A stretch of 64,000 bases of DNA from the NCBI GenBank assembly GCA_963662285.2, contig CAXXMV010000006.1:992001-1056000 (forward strand), in the 5' to 3' direction. Source of the stretch: a bacterium. GTDB taxonomy: Bacteria; Hinthialibacterota; Hinthialibacteria; Hinthialibacterales; Hinthialibacteraceae. The translations under genes were made by a program, and so were the position numbers. Below the pieces are notes generated by a model, which was not told the origin of the DNA, made no database searches, and worked only from the letters and a program-made list of their open reading frames with translations. This document shows positions 27,804-37,462 of the stretch, one piece after another (position 1 is the stretch's first letter; each line of letters begins with the position of its first letter).

Positions 27804-28841
27804 TTATTTTATTGCTTCGATGCGTTCTTCAATTGTTAAGATATCTGTGATGCGAACGCCGAAATTTTCATCAATGACCACAACCTCTCCTTTAGCGAAA
27901 AGTTTGTCATTTACTAGAATATCTACCGGTTCGTTAGCCAGACGATTTAATTCAATAACCGAACCCGGGCCTAATTCGAGTACATCGCGTATTTTGCGAT
28001 GGGTTCGACCTAATTCTACCGTAACCTCGAGCGAAATGTCTAAAATTAATTCCAAATTAGATATGTCCACCGAAGGCGCAACTGCGCTCTGCATATCCAT
28101 CGACTGACCAGTCATAGGAGAGAACTGGGCTGGCGCAGCCATTATTGGTGGAGTCTTGGCCTGGATAGGAGCGCGATCACCCAATCCATCTTTGGGCGCT
28201 GATGGTCCAGCCGATGAAGCATTGATAATGGAATTAAGAAGATTGCGAGGTATAACTTGATAAATAGGCCCATTGACCGCGCCTGATTGCATATTGTAGG
28301 TCAATAGAATACTGCGTTCAGCGGATTCGGGCATTAAGTCGCCCAGGTTAGCCGGTCTGGTTATTATTTCGGGAGGCTCAAGTTGAATCTCTCCACCGAA
28401 TTTTTGGGCCATTGATGTGTTGGCGCTGCTGAAGACGGATTGAATGGCTTCACTGAAAGCGCTCTCTTCAAGGTCTCCGAATTCGCTGCCGGCGCCGCCG
28501 CCAGTCATTTGGGCGGCCAGTTGCATGGCGTTTTCTTCAGACATAATAACCAGGCTTTTGCCTTGCACCATGCCTTTATAATTCAATTCAGCGACGACCA
28601 TATCCCCGGATATTTCATCGGCGACTGAATTAGAATCGGTTTCACTGAAATCTCCTACTGTAGTATTGGCTGATTCTCCCAGCAGGGTGGATAGAACATC
28701 CTGACTGGCGTTAGACACAGTATGGCTATACTCCTTGATGGTATCTTCTTCTTCAGGAGTAATCGCCGGAGGAGGAGGTGGTGGAGTTTCTCCCCGCAAT
28801 AGCGCGTCTATTTCATTTTGGCTTAGTGCTTCAGCAGTCAT
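27804..28841 (-). CDS. fliY: Flagellar C-ring protein FliY (CheC-like middle domain + FliN domain)
   Basis: LSQNEIDALL CheY-binding peptide; VELGRT...GEVVVIDENFGVRIT. Confidence 0.88.
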   Translation of the reverse strand: MTAEALSQNEIDALLRGETPPPPPPAITPEEEDTIKEYSHTVSNASQDVLSTLLGESANTTVGDFSETDSNSVADEISGDMVVAELNYKGMVQGKSLVIMSEENAMQLAAQMTGGGAGSEFGDLEESAFSEAIQSVFSSANTSMAQKFGGEIQLEPPEIITRPANLGDLMPESAERSILLTYNMQSGAVNGPIYQVIPRNLLNSIINASSAGPSAPKDGLGDRAPIQAKTPPIMAAPAQFSPMTGQSMDMQSAVAPSVDISNLELILDISLEVTVELGRTHRKIRDVLELGPGSVIELNRLANEPVDILVNDKLFAKGEVVVIDENFGVRITDILTIEERIEAIK

Positions 28842-28882
28842 TTTATATGCTCTTTTAGTTTAGAGTTATTTTTATAATCGCT

Positions 28883-29887
28883 CTAGACGTCATCCGGCCC
28901 GGTAATAATTCTGGTGATTCGCACAGCGTTATGGCCCCGTTTAGTTCCAGATTTTGCGAAATAACGATATTCTTCTCCAATTCTAAGTACGCAGTCGTCA
29001 TCTGTTCTTTTGTTTAATTGAATAACATCGCCTTCATTTAGCGCGAGCAGTTCACTCATGCTCATTTGGGCTGAGCCGATGAAAGCTGCTATCGGGATGC
29101 TAACCCGTCTTAATCGGTCATAAAGCACTTCTGCATGTTCTTCAGAAAGGTCTTTTTTGGATGCGGCGTACCATGAAGAACTGGATAACTGGTTTGCAAC
29201 CGGCTCCAGGGTCGGGTAGGGAACGCAAAAAGACAAGGTTCCTGAAATCTCTCCCATGGTTACTTCGAAGGTCATGAGAATGACCATTTCCGAAGGTAGA
29301 TATAACTGCATCAATAGTTGAGGATTGGTTTCGCATTGCTCGAGCGACAGATTGAGGGGCAGTACGTTAGCCCATGCTTCGTGCAGGCAGTCGAAGGCGC
29401 GGTAAAGCACTTTTTCGATGATGGTCTGCTCGATTTCTGTCAATTCCCGGTTCTTCTTAAACACATTACCGGCGCCGCCCATGAGCCGGTCAACCACCGG
29501 GAAGGATAGCGTCGGCGATAGTTCGATCAATGCCTTTCCTTCCAGTGGGTCCATATTGATTATGTTAAGCGATGTCGGGTTGGGGATGGAGCGGATGAAT
29601 TCTTCGTATGAAATCTGATCAACTGAGACCAGTTTTACTTCAACGATAGTACGCAGAAAAGCGGATAGTGAAATAGAGAAAATACGCGCGAAATGATCAT
29701 GCAGATTGTGCATCGTCCGGATTTGATCTTTGGAAAATCTATCCGGATGGTTAAAGTCATATACTTTAACCTCACGTATCCTATCATCCATCTCCCCCTC
29801 TCCGCCCATGTCGCCGGACGCGCCTTCGCCAGTAGCGAAAGCAGAGAGTAGAGAGTCTATTTCATTCTGAGAAAGAATATCCGCCAT
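28883..29887 (-). CDS. fliM: Flagellar motor switch FliM
   Basis: ILSQNEIDSLL, YDFNHPDRFSKDQIR, VDRLMGGAG. Confidence 0.97.
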   Translation of the reverse strand: MADILSQNEIDSLLSAFATGEGASGDMGGEGEMDDRIREVKVYDFNHPDRFSKDQIRTMHNLHDHFARIFSISLSAFLRTIVEVKLVSVDQISYEEFIRSIPNPTSLNIINMDPLEGKALIELSPTLSFPVVDRLMGGAGNVFKKNRELTEIEQTIIEKVLYRAFDCLHEAWANVLPLNLSLEQCETNPQLLMQLYLPSEMVILMTFEVTMGEISGTLSFCVPYPTLEPVANQLSSSSWYAASKKDLSEEHAEVLYDRLRRVSIPIAAFIGSAQMSMSELLALNEGDVIQLNKRTDDDCVLRIGEEYRYFAKSGTKRGHNAVRITRIITGPDDV

Positions 29888-29948
29888 CAGTCAGTTACCA
29901 TAAATTCCTAATGTTGATTATTTTGAGCATCCATTTTGTTGTTTTTTT

Positions 29949-30479
29949 TTAATTTACAAAAATATCCAGAAAAACTTCTTCTATTTTTGCTTTCTCTAAA
30001 ACTTGATCGTTTAGTTTATTCTTGATTGTATTCTGAATCTTCTCTCTATTAGCCGGACTGGTGATCTCCATTCGCGTCTTGCTGCTGATTTCTTCGCGAA
30101 TCACACGGTTAATATAGGGCATTTTGTGTTTGGTGGCATCGGTTTCAATGCCCATTTCAGCTAAAGCCTCTGGTTCAGAGGCATCACCTGCCGGTTTAAT
30201 CTCTAAAGTAACATTGGCGGAGAAGATATATTCATCATCAGGATAAGACAGATTGCCGGTAAAGGGTTGTTTGAAGGTATACATATATCCTGGTTCAATA
30301 GTGCTTTTAGTATCTAATGTTAATTCTTCGCCGTCGCTTTCTCCACCAAGAAATCTCATTGCGGCAATGCCAATTATTCCAAGCAAAACAACAAACCCGA
30401 TTATTATGAAGATTAAGCGATTACTTTTGGGTTTCTGCTCCTCTATGGCATCTTGTTTCTGCTCTGCTGCATCGCCCAT
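29949..30479 (-). CDS. fliL: Flagellar basal-body protein FliL
   Basis: Single N-terminal TM; FTGNL; C-terminal IEEVFLDIFVN; precedes fliM. Confidence 0.85.
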   Translation of the reverse strand: MGDAAEQKQDAIEEQKPKSNRLIFIIIGFVVLLGIIGIAAMRFLGGESDGEELTLDTKSTIEPGYMYTFKQPFTGNLSYPDDEYIFSANVTLEIKPAGDASEPEALAEMGIETDATKHKMPYINRVIREEISSKTRMEITSPANREKIQNTIKNKLNDQVLEKAKIEEVFLDIFVN

Positions 30480-30527
30480 TGATAAATCTCCTTAAATGAT
30501 GTAACTCAACTTCAGATATAAACAGCT

Positions 30528-30557
30528 ATTATAGGTGGTCAAAAAATTCCTTGTCAA
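30528..30557 (-). promoter_or_regulatory. Sigma70-type promoter of the fliL operon
   Basis: TTGACA (30557-30552), 18-nt spacer, TATAAT (30533-30528) on the minus strand, about 50 nt before fliL. Confidence 0.65.
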
Positions 30558-30948
30558 GCAGATTTTTCCGGCTTTTTCCTTTTGGATCATAAAAAACAAC
30601 CAATCATTTGATGATAATCATACATTTGTATACTGTTTTATGGTTTAATTGAATCATGTTTATGCTCATTTTCTTACCCTTTTAATGATATTTGGTGTAA
30701 TTAAATATATAAATTAATAATATGTCTGTTAATCAGTGTTACCTATTTATTTATATTTTTTATTTTTTCATAAATCATAAAAAATATCCCGATTTTTCAT
30801 TTCTATAGTAAATTTCCGCTTTTATGGGATATAACGGTTGGTGTTGTTCAACCGTTAAAAGGAACATAGGGCGGAAAATTCATGTAATTATAAAATTCTA
30901 TAAGCAATTATCGTGCCTGAATAGAATGCGCTTAAATGAAGATATCGC

Positions 30949-30978
30949 TTGACCAACCTATCTTACGGTAGATAGAAT
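30949..30978 (+). promoter_or_regulatory. Sigma70-type promoter
   Basis: TTGACC-N18-TAGAAT upstream of 31008. Confidence 0.45.
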
Positions 30979-31007
30979 ACCAGTCGATTTGAAAGGAAAA
31001 GAAACGA

Positions 31008-31652
31008 ATGAAATCAACACTAGCATTTCGATATGCCGGAGTATTGATGGTTGCATCTTTTTTGCTGTTTCAGAGTTGCGCCACATCCACCATTGCCATG
31101 AAGCCTGCGGCAATTGTTCAGTACGATGTTTTTACCTGCAAAGGATTATCAGCCGATAATCGTTGGATTGGTGTTACCGACCAATTTTTACCTGAAAAGG
31201 ATTCACGCGTGGTTGTAGTGGCTGTATTATCTGATAAAGATATTTCCAGTTATGTCAATTTTGAGTTAATTAATCCGTTGGATAATGTTGTGATTTCTGA
31301 AACAATGCGTTATCCCAAAGAAAATCCTCTGGGCATTTATTTTGGGATTCCCAGATTGCTTAAACTGGGTGGAGAAGGCGATTGGAAGGCAACCGTATTT
31401 GTAGATGGAACTGCGATTGGTGAAGCGAAATTCCGTATTGGAGAGAAATCTGATGAAGATGGTGATGATGGTCCCCGGTATTTTGTGGTCGGAGATGAAT
31501 CGACTTTAGATGAAGATGCCGAAAAATTGCAAGCCATTAGTGAAGAGGATCGTTTTTCATCCTATATTCGAGAAGCGACGCCGAATCTGTCGATTCCTTT
31601 GACATCGGATTCTGAACCGGTTGAAATTAAACCGGAATCTATCTTGCCTTAA
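31008..31652 (+). CDS. Putative lipoprotein
   Basis: Lipobox-like FQSC; beta-sandwich-like region; acidic tail. Confidence 0.7.
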   Translation: MKSTLAFRYAGVLMVASFLLFQSCATSTIAMKPAAIVQYDVFTCKGLSADNRWIGVTDQFLPEKDSRVVVVAVLSDKDISSYVNFELINPLDNVVISETMRYPKENPLGIYFGIPRLLKLGGEGDWKATVFVDGTAIGEAKFRIGEKSDEDGDDGPRYFVVGDESTLDEDAEKLQAISEEDRFSSYIREATPNLSIPLTSDSEPVEIKPESILP

Positions 31653-31690
31653 ATAATCTTTGAAATTGAGTATGGTTAAATATTACACCT

Positions 31691-32743
31691 ATGGAAATTT
31701 ACTCGATATCCATCAATAAGGAAAAAGATATCCTGGCGGCCCGGGACCGGGCGCGGGTAATCTGTGAAGAACTTGGACTGAGCATCACTCATCAGCTCCA
31801 GGTCACTACTTCTGTTTTTGAACTAGGCAAGAATATCCTCGAACATGGCGATGGAGGCGATGTATCGTTTTCAATCCAAACTGAAGATGATGACCTGAAA
31901 TTGGAAGTGGTCGGCAGAGATCATGGCCCGGGGATTTCTGAGGAAGACATTGAGAAAGCGCTCAATGTGGGAAGCAGTAAATCAACCGCCAACCGCGGCA
32001 TCCCCGCCATGAAGCGCTTGATGGATAGCATTGATATCGAAGCTGAACCGGGGATCGGAACCACCATTCGTCTCAGCAAGATGAAATCCAAATCGTCAAC
32101 ATCCCTGGCCAAGAATATAGTCAGTTTCATCAATAACAAATTTACCGCTAAAAATAAGATTACTCTGTCTGAAGAACTGCGTAAACAGAATATGAACCTG
32201 GTTCAGACTCTATCGCTTTATGAAGAGAAGAACGAGGAACTGCAAAAAAAGAACAAAGAACTTTTAGACTTAAAACAGCAACTTGAATTATCCAACGCAG
32301 AACTCCAGGATCGATCTTCAGAACTACAGGATGCGCTTTTATCACTGGGCGACCGGACTAATGAACTCGAGGCGCAGAACCGGCGTTTTACCGCCGTCAT
32401 GGAACAGGTTCCCGGCGGGGTGATTATCACGGACCGTTCCGGAGTTGTTACCAAAGCCAACCGGCGATTCTATACTCTGTTCGAGTTGGAAAATGAATTG
32501 GTCGAAGATTTGAAAAAGGTGGATTGGTATTCGTTCTTATCCCGCTACAAGACTAGGGTCGACGAAGAATGGAGCAAAACGGCGGCTGCGTGGGACGATC
32601 AGCGAACTCAAGTTCATACATTTACGCTGATAACTCAAACCGAGTCGCCTAAAAATATCATTTGCCGGATCGTCCCTATCCTTGATGATAATCAGAAATT
32701 CCTGGGACGCATCTGGATATTTGAAACTCCCTGTGTAGGATAA
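31691..32743 (+). CDS. RsbT-like anti-sigma/Ser kinase domain + coiled coil + PAS domain
   Basis: DILAARDRAR, ELGKNILEH, DHGPGI, GIPAMKRLMD; heptad region; QVPGGVIITDRSG...GRIWIFE PAS. Confidence 0.8.
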   Translation: MEIYSISINKEKDILAARDRARVICEELGLSITHQLQVTTSVFELGKNILEHGDGGDVSFSIQTEDDDLKLEVVGRDHGPGISEEDIEKALNVGSSKSTANRGIPAMKRLMDSIDIEAEPGIGTTIRLSKMKSKSSTSLAKNIVSFINNKFTAKNKITLSEELRKQNMNLVQTLSLYEEKNEELQKKNKELLDLKQQLELSNAELQDRSSELQDALLSLGDRTNELEAQNRRFTAVMEQVPGGVIITDRSGVVTKANRRFYTLFELENELVEDLKKVDWYSFLSRYKTRVDEEWSKTAAAWDDQRTQVHTFTLITQTESPKNIICRIVPILDDNQKFLGRIWIFETPCVG

Positions 32744-32761
32744 TTTTTGAACCTTGGAGTA

Positions 32762-33874
32762 TTACTCTATTTCGCTTAGCAGTTCAATTCGGGCGAAGCG
32801 AGTGAGTAGAATATCAACTGTATTCTTTGATCCATTGGCGTCAAGTAAATCTACTGCCTGCTGGCTCAGTTTCTTTCTTTCCTCTCCATTTTTCAATAAT
32901 TCTTCAATGCTCATTTTCAGCATATCGAAAGAATCTGCTATGGGAGTGACGCGAACGGCATTCTGTTTGAGAAACAACTGACAGGTTTTGATTTCTTTAT
33001 CTGTTCGCGGAGTGAGAATAACCGGTTTACCCATAGCTATAAGTTCGTAGATATTTAACCCAGGGCGTGCGATAACCAGACAGGTTTGGCGGATGGCGGT
33101 AATTCTGTCTGATAATGATGGAGAAATAAGCAGTTCTGCGTCACTGGAAAAGGCTTCTTTAAGTTGATCTGCTGAATTGGTGGATACATCAGCCAGTATT
33201 TTGATGGGAGATCGGGTCAAAGGTCGAACCGCATCCAGTATAGGAGATAAATCTTCTGGCGATGCATTGCCGGAAACCGCAATCAGAAGACGGTCTTCTG
33301 AAGGCGTTTCATTATTTTGCGAGAAATATTCATCCAGAATGGGAACGTATTGCAAACCGTGAATACAGTCGGCCATACAACTGGCTTGCGCTTCTATATT
33401 TTCAAAATCCGGCTGTGTAATCAAACCCGGCAATAATGCGGCATCTACTCTATTGGATGCAAATAATGAATCTGAATATGCATCCGCCAGCAGCGCGAAC
33501 AGGGATGTGTTTAAATCCGGTTGAAGCCGGGGAGGAGTAGTACAATCGGCGATTACAATATCGGCTGCAGAAACTTTTACGATTTCATTGAAAGTCAGCG
33601 GATTCCCATCGGGACGTGAATTGATCCATTGGATATTTCGTTTAGTTATCTCATCGGTTAGACCGCCGCACGCAAGACAGGACAAACTTACCGACTCGAT
33701 ATCGGCCTTACAAAACGCTTCAGCAAGCGCCAAACCCCGGATAACGCGCGCCGGTTGATCGCTATACGCTGCATCAATCCATATCATAACCGACTTTGGC
33801 AGAGGCGCTTTTTTTGTTTTTTTTGTTTTTTCTTTTCGATTTTTCTTGATTATTTTCCACAAAGCCATTTGCAA
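32762..33874 (-). CDS. PseG/SpsG-like GT-B fold protein
   Basis: VIRGLALAEAF, IHGLQYVPI, ARPGLNIYELIAMGKPVI, LDANGS. Confidence 0.65.
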   Translation of the reverse strand: MQMALWKIIKKNRKEKTKKTKKAPLPKSVMIWIDAAYSDQPARVIRGLALAEAFCKADIESVSLSCLACGGLTDEITKRNIQWINSRPDGNPLTFNEIVKVSAADIVIADCTTPPRLQPDLNTSLFALLADAYSDSLFASNRVDAALLPGLITQPDFENIEAQASCMADCIHGLQYVPILDEYFSQNNETPSEDRLLIAVSGNASPEDLSPILDAVRPLTRSPIKILADVSTNSADQLKEAFSSDAELLISPSLSDRITAIRQTCLVIARPGLNIYELIAMGKPVILTPRTDKEIKTCQLFLKQNAVRVTPIADSFDMLKMSIEELLKNGEERKKLSQQAVDLLDANGSKNTVDILLTRFARIELLSEIE

Positions 33875-34023
33875 TTCCTTCTTTCTCTATAGCGATTCTC
33901 AAAATCCGGTGCGTTTATGATGTCGTTTAAGTTGTAAAAAATATGGAGCGCGGGCATCCTTGTTCGCATGAATCATATCTACCTATCACTCCGTTCGCAA
34001 TGACAGAGCTTTGACCTGGAGCA

Positions 34024-35520
34024 TTATGTTTCTATCCAGATTTTATCTCTGAGGTTTTTACGTGATATGGATGTGACACAGATTAGTTCATCCAGCGGTG
34101 GGAGGCTGAAATGAGGCGGATTATGATTACCATCACGGTTTATGATTCCCCAATGCTGTAAAACTTTTAGGGAAAACGAAAAATCCGGCTCAAAATCAGT
34201 TTGAAGGTGATCATGAATGAAATCCCGGGAGTATTTTTCTAACGCAGTTTGAGTAAGACCTTTCGGTTCTTTAGCGTGACAGGCCAAAACGGTGATTATC
34301 AATAAAGCTTCACGCTTAAGCACATTTTCGTAATCATCTACTAAATGGCTGATAGCTTTGGCGTTTCTGGCCAGAAGTCGCTTGAGCATATACCGGGCGT
34401 GCGAGTATTTTTGCTCGGTTTTTACAATGTTCATTTTATAAAAGATGCGGTATATTCCAAAAATGATAGGATTGAAAACCATAAACGCACGACGTAAACT
34501 CTTGGAAAAAATAGCTTTTCCGAGAGTTGGAATGGTGGCTGTGCCGGTAAAGCAGAGTTGGATGTATTCTTTGACGCCTAGAGATATTTCTGCGTTGGGG
34601 ATCAACAATTCCAAGTCGGTTGCCGGTATGTGGTGATAGACCAGAATTTGCAGGCGTTTCAATTGTTTAGATTCAACCAGACGTTCTTTCATGAATTCAT
34701 CCAGTGATTTGTCTTGCAGTTGACGCATTTTCTCCTGCACCATACGCTGAATGGCGCGCTTTCGCTTGACTACTGGCCTGGCAGTTTTTTTACTTTCTTC
34801 CTGCAGGTAAGGATGAAGTTCACGATGCATTTGCCGGGTGTTGAGCTGCGCCGGGCTTGGTTCATCTTTGTGATGATTATCTATATTGCCGTTATCGTTT
34901 TCATCTTTTTGTTCTTCATTTTGTTCAATATTCTCTCCAATGATAACCGTTAATTCTTCGAAAATTTCAACTGATTCGGGAGAGAGTAAAGAGGACACCC
35001 ATCTCTCTTTAGCATGTATCTTTTTAGCCATGGACCGAGTGAATGTTTCAGATTGTTCTGCTATATACGAACCTCTCACATAAAAGTTAAGAAACTCGAT
35101 ATTTTGCAGCCGGACGAAAATTTTCTCGTATGACATATCATGAAGAGATTGTTCAACGCTCTCAACAGATAGTTTTTTGTAATGAGAAAGATTAAGCAGC
35201 GTTTCGACCTGGTTAGTGACAAAATTCAAGTCATCGTGAAAGGATGAGTCGGTTAGATCCATGTTGTGTTTGAAGAATCTTTTAGTGAATCCTGGACCGC
35301 TCCAGCGTAGAAAGCGGGTCATGATCGAATCGGCGCGATGTTCTCCATCAAGAAAAACCATCGATTCAAGATTGAAGAGAAAATCTTCTAATTTATCTAA
35401 ATCCGGTGTATGACATGATTCCAATAAATGTTTGATTGTGATATTCCGTAGATCGTCGAATGCAATCGGCAGTATTCGCAGGGGCAATAAGTTGGATTGA
35501 TTTTTATCGACGTCATTCAT
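34024..35520 (-). CDS. DUF3754/TMEM143-like protein
   Basis: IPATDLELLIPN and DDYENVLKREALL resemble DUF3754 motifs (recalled, not searched). Confidence 0.55.
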   Translation of the reverse strand: MNDVDKNQSNLLPLRILPIAFDDLRNITIKHLLESCHTPDLDKLEDFLFNLESMVFLDGEHRADSIMTRFLRWSGPGFTKRFFKHNMDLTDSSFHDDLNFVTNQVETLLNLSHYKKLSVESVEQSLHDMSYEKIFVRLQNIEFLNFYVRGSYIAEQSETFTRSMAKKIHAKERWVSSLLSPESVEIFEELTVIIGENIEQNEEQKDENDNGNIDNHHKDEPSPAQLNTRQMHRELHPYLQEESKKTARPVVKRKRAIQRMVQEKMRQLQDKSLDEFMKERLVESKQLKRLQILVYHHIPATDLELLIPNAEISLGVKEYIQLCFTGTATIPTLGKAIFSKSLRRAFMVFNPIIFGIYRIFYKMNIVKTEQKYSHARYMLKRLLARNAKAISHLVDDYENVLKREALLIITVLACHAKEPKGLTQTALEKYSRDFIHDHLQTDFEPDFSFSLKVLQHWGIINRDGNHNPPHFSLPPLDELICVTSISRKNLRDKIWIET

Positions 35521-35890
35521 GGGTTTTCATATTCCAATAAAGTAGAATGAGTGAATAAATCGATTTAAATAATAATGCGTTTTCAGCCATATCATAATAA
35601 TATATAGTCTGTTTTATATGAAAGATGCATAGAGCGATTGTCAAAAATATGTTCGATTATTATCACGTTTGGTCTGAGAAAAAGAACATTGCTGCGTATG
35701 GCTGTTGCTTTAGACGCAGTTTCTGAGGGACATATTCTGTTGGGCGGGCGTAAAACCACTCTATGAGATATTGCTGAGTTAAGACTCCGTATGGGGATGG
35801 TGTTGAATATAGGCGGTAATTGCAGAAAGGACGCTGCTATTGGCGCCAATATTCAACTTTTATTTGAAGAATCGTTAAATAATGCTGCTG

Positions 35891-36808
35891 TCAGTGATGG
35901 TCTTCAACTGTAGTTTCAGGCGTAAGGTTTTCTGTGTTTTCCAGTATTTCATCAGGATTGGTGCGTCGTTTGATTTCATTGCGGATGGCGATAATCGGTC
36001 CCATCAAGATAAAGGCGAGCGTAAGCGCCAAGAGAACTGCTTTGAACCGCAGAACAGCGACGCAGAGAATCAATACAATGAATACATTGTATTGGTAGAT
36101 ATTCTTCTTTTCCACTTTACGAGCGGCTAAATCCGGATAGGGAATCGTGCTTACCATCAAGCCGGATAAACAGATCATCACAATATGAAGCGCTATACGG
36201 GAATACGCATTATCCAGCGGGAAGCCATATTCCAGACTTGCCAGCACTAAGGCCGCCAGAAAACACCCAGGAACAGGGCAGGGAAGGCCGACAAAGAACT
36301 CGCGCTTCTTCTTGCTGCCCATGGCTTGAATGTTGTATCTGGCAAGCCTTAAGGCGCTGCAAAGCGCATATATCAATACCAGCGAAGCTCCCAGGCGGTT
36401 CATATCTTTGTAAAGCATGGCATGAATCATGATGGGAGGCGCCACTCCAAAGGAGATTAAATCCGCTAATGAATCAAGCTGCACGCCAAAAGGAGAGGCG
36501 GCGCCGACTAAACGGGCTACTTTCCCGTCTATCATATCGAAAAAAACCGCCAAAAGTATTAGCATAGCGGCTATTTCGAATTTTTTGTCGAGCACGAATA
36601 AGACCGCTGCCACTCCACAGGCAATGTTAAGGCTGGTCAGCACATTGGGCAGCAAATGGATCAAATTGATGTTTTTATCACGAAAACGGGGACGCCTGAA
36701 ATGGACGCGCCGTGGTCTTGATGAACGAGTCGGATCATTTTGAAATGATTTACGATTTTTGTCCCGGTTCATTGAATCGCTTTGAGAATTATTGAGATTT
36801 TGTTCCAT
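35891..36808 (-). CDS. pssA: CDP-diacylglycerol--serine O-phosphatidyltransferase
   Basis: LPNVLT, DMIDGKVAR...FGVQLDSLADLISFGVAP, ALRLARYN, GLPCP. Confidence 0.93.
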   Translation of the reverse strand: MEQNLNNSQSDSMNRDKNRKSFQNDPTRSSRPRRVHFRRPRFRDKNINLIHLLPNVLTSLNIACGVAAVLFVLDKKFEIAAMLILLAVFFDMIDGKVARLVGAASPFGVQLDSLADLISFGVAPPIMIHAMLYKDMNRLGASLVLIYALCSALRLARYNIQAMGSKKKREFFVGLPCPVPGCFLAALVLASLEYGFPLDNAYSRIALHIVMICLSGLMVSTIPYPDLAARKVEKKNIYQYNVFIVLILCVAVLRFKAVLLALTLAFILMGPIIAIRNEIKRRTNPDEILENTENLTPETTVEDHH

Positions 36809-36920
36809 AATTTTATAACTTAAATGATTTATTTTACTACGGCGCTTAAGCGCTTTGTTTTGTAAATAATCTTTTTTAGATTATCCTTGTTAAAGCATAT
36901 AAGAAGGTGGTCGCTATCAA

Positions 36921-37053
36921 CCCTCTCCTAACCTCTCCCAATCTTGGGAGAGGAATGTTATCCAATGTGTTTTGTATAACTAAGTTATAACAATATAACT
37001 GGTTATATCTACAAAATCCCTCTCCCCCAACTTGGTGGATAATTTAAGAGGGG
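36921..37053. repeat. Cluster of degenerate REP-like palindromes
   Basis: CCTCTCCCAATCTTGGGAGAGG and CCCTCTCCCCCAACTTGG...GAGGGG. Confidence 0.5.
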
Positions 37054-37204
37054 GTTGTTATCCAAGACCTTGGATTATCCAATTGAAATCATAATCGAAC
37101 TGCTTTTTTAGGATAACCAAGTTGTTGTTCTATATATGATACTGTTCTTTAAGAATAGGTAAATGGTTTTCTAACCGGGTATTAAGAGGATTCTTGGAAG
37201 AAGT

Positions 37205-37444
37205 CTACTCCAGACGCAAATTGATTTCCGCTAAAACCGCCGTACGTGCGCTGATGTATCCCGCCAGGATGCCGTCTTCAAAGTTAAATCTTGCATTACT
37301 CATTAATACGGCGAAATCCTGTGGATTGCGCAGGTCTTCGACTGTAATTCCAGGAACCGATTGGCGAGCGAGGTCGAATACCTTTTTGTGTTGATATTCG
37401 ACCAGTTCGTTTAATAATCTCAGTAATTCATCTTGAGTTAACAT
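37205..37444 (-). CDS. Small hypothetical protein
   Basis: 79-aa helical ORF (EDLRNPQDF...FEDGILAG) 18 nt downstream of the ATPase. Confidence 0.65.
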   Translation of the reverse strand: MLTQDELLRLLNELVEYQHKKVFDLARQSVPGITVEDLRNPQDFAVLMSNARFNFEDGILAGYISARTAVLAEINLRLE

Positions 37445-37462
37445 TGCTTAACGGTTTCTTCC

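Noticed and set aside
35592-35849. 85-aa ORF between the DUF3754-like gene and pssA
   Set aside because: No clear RBS or motif; probably spurious
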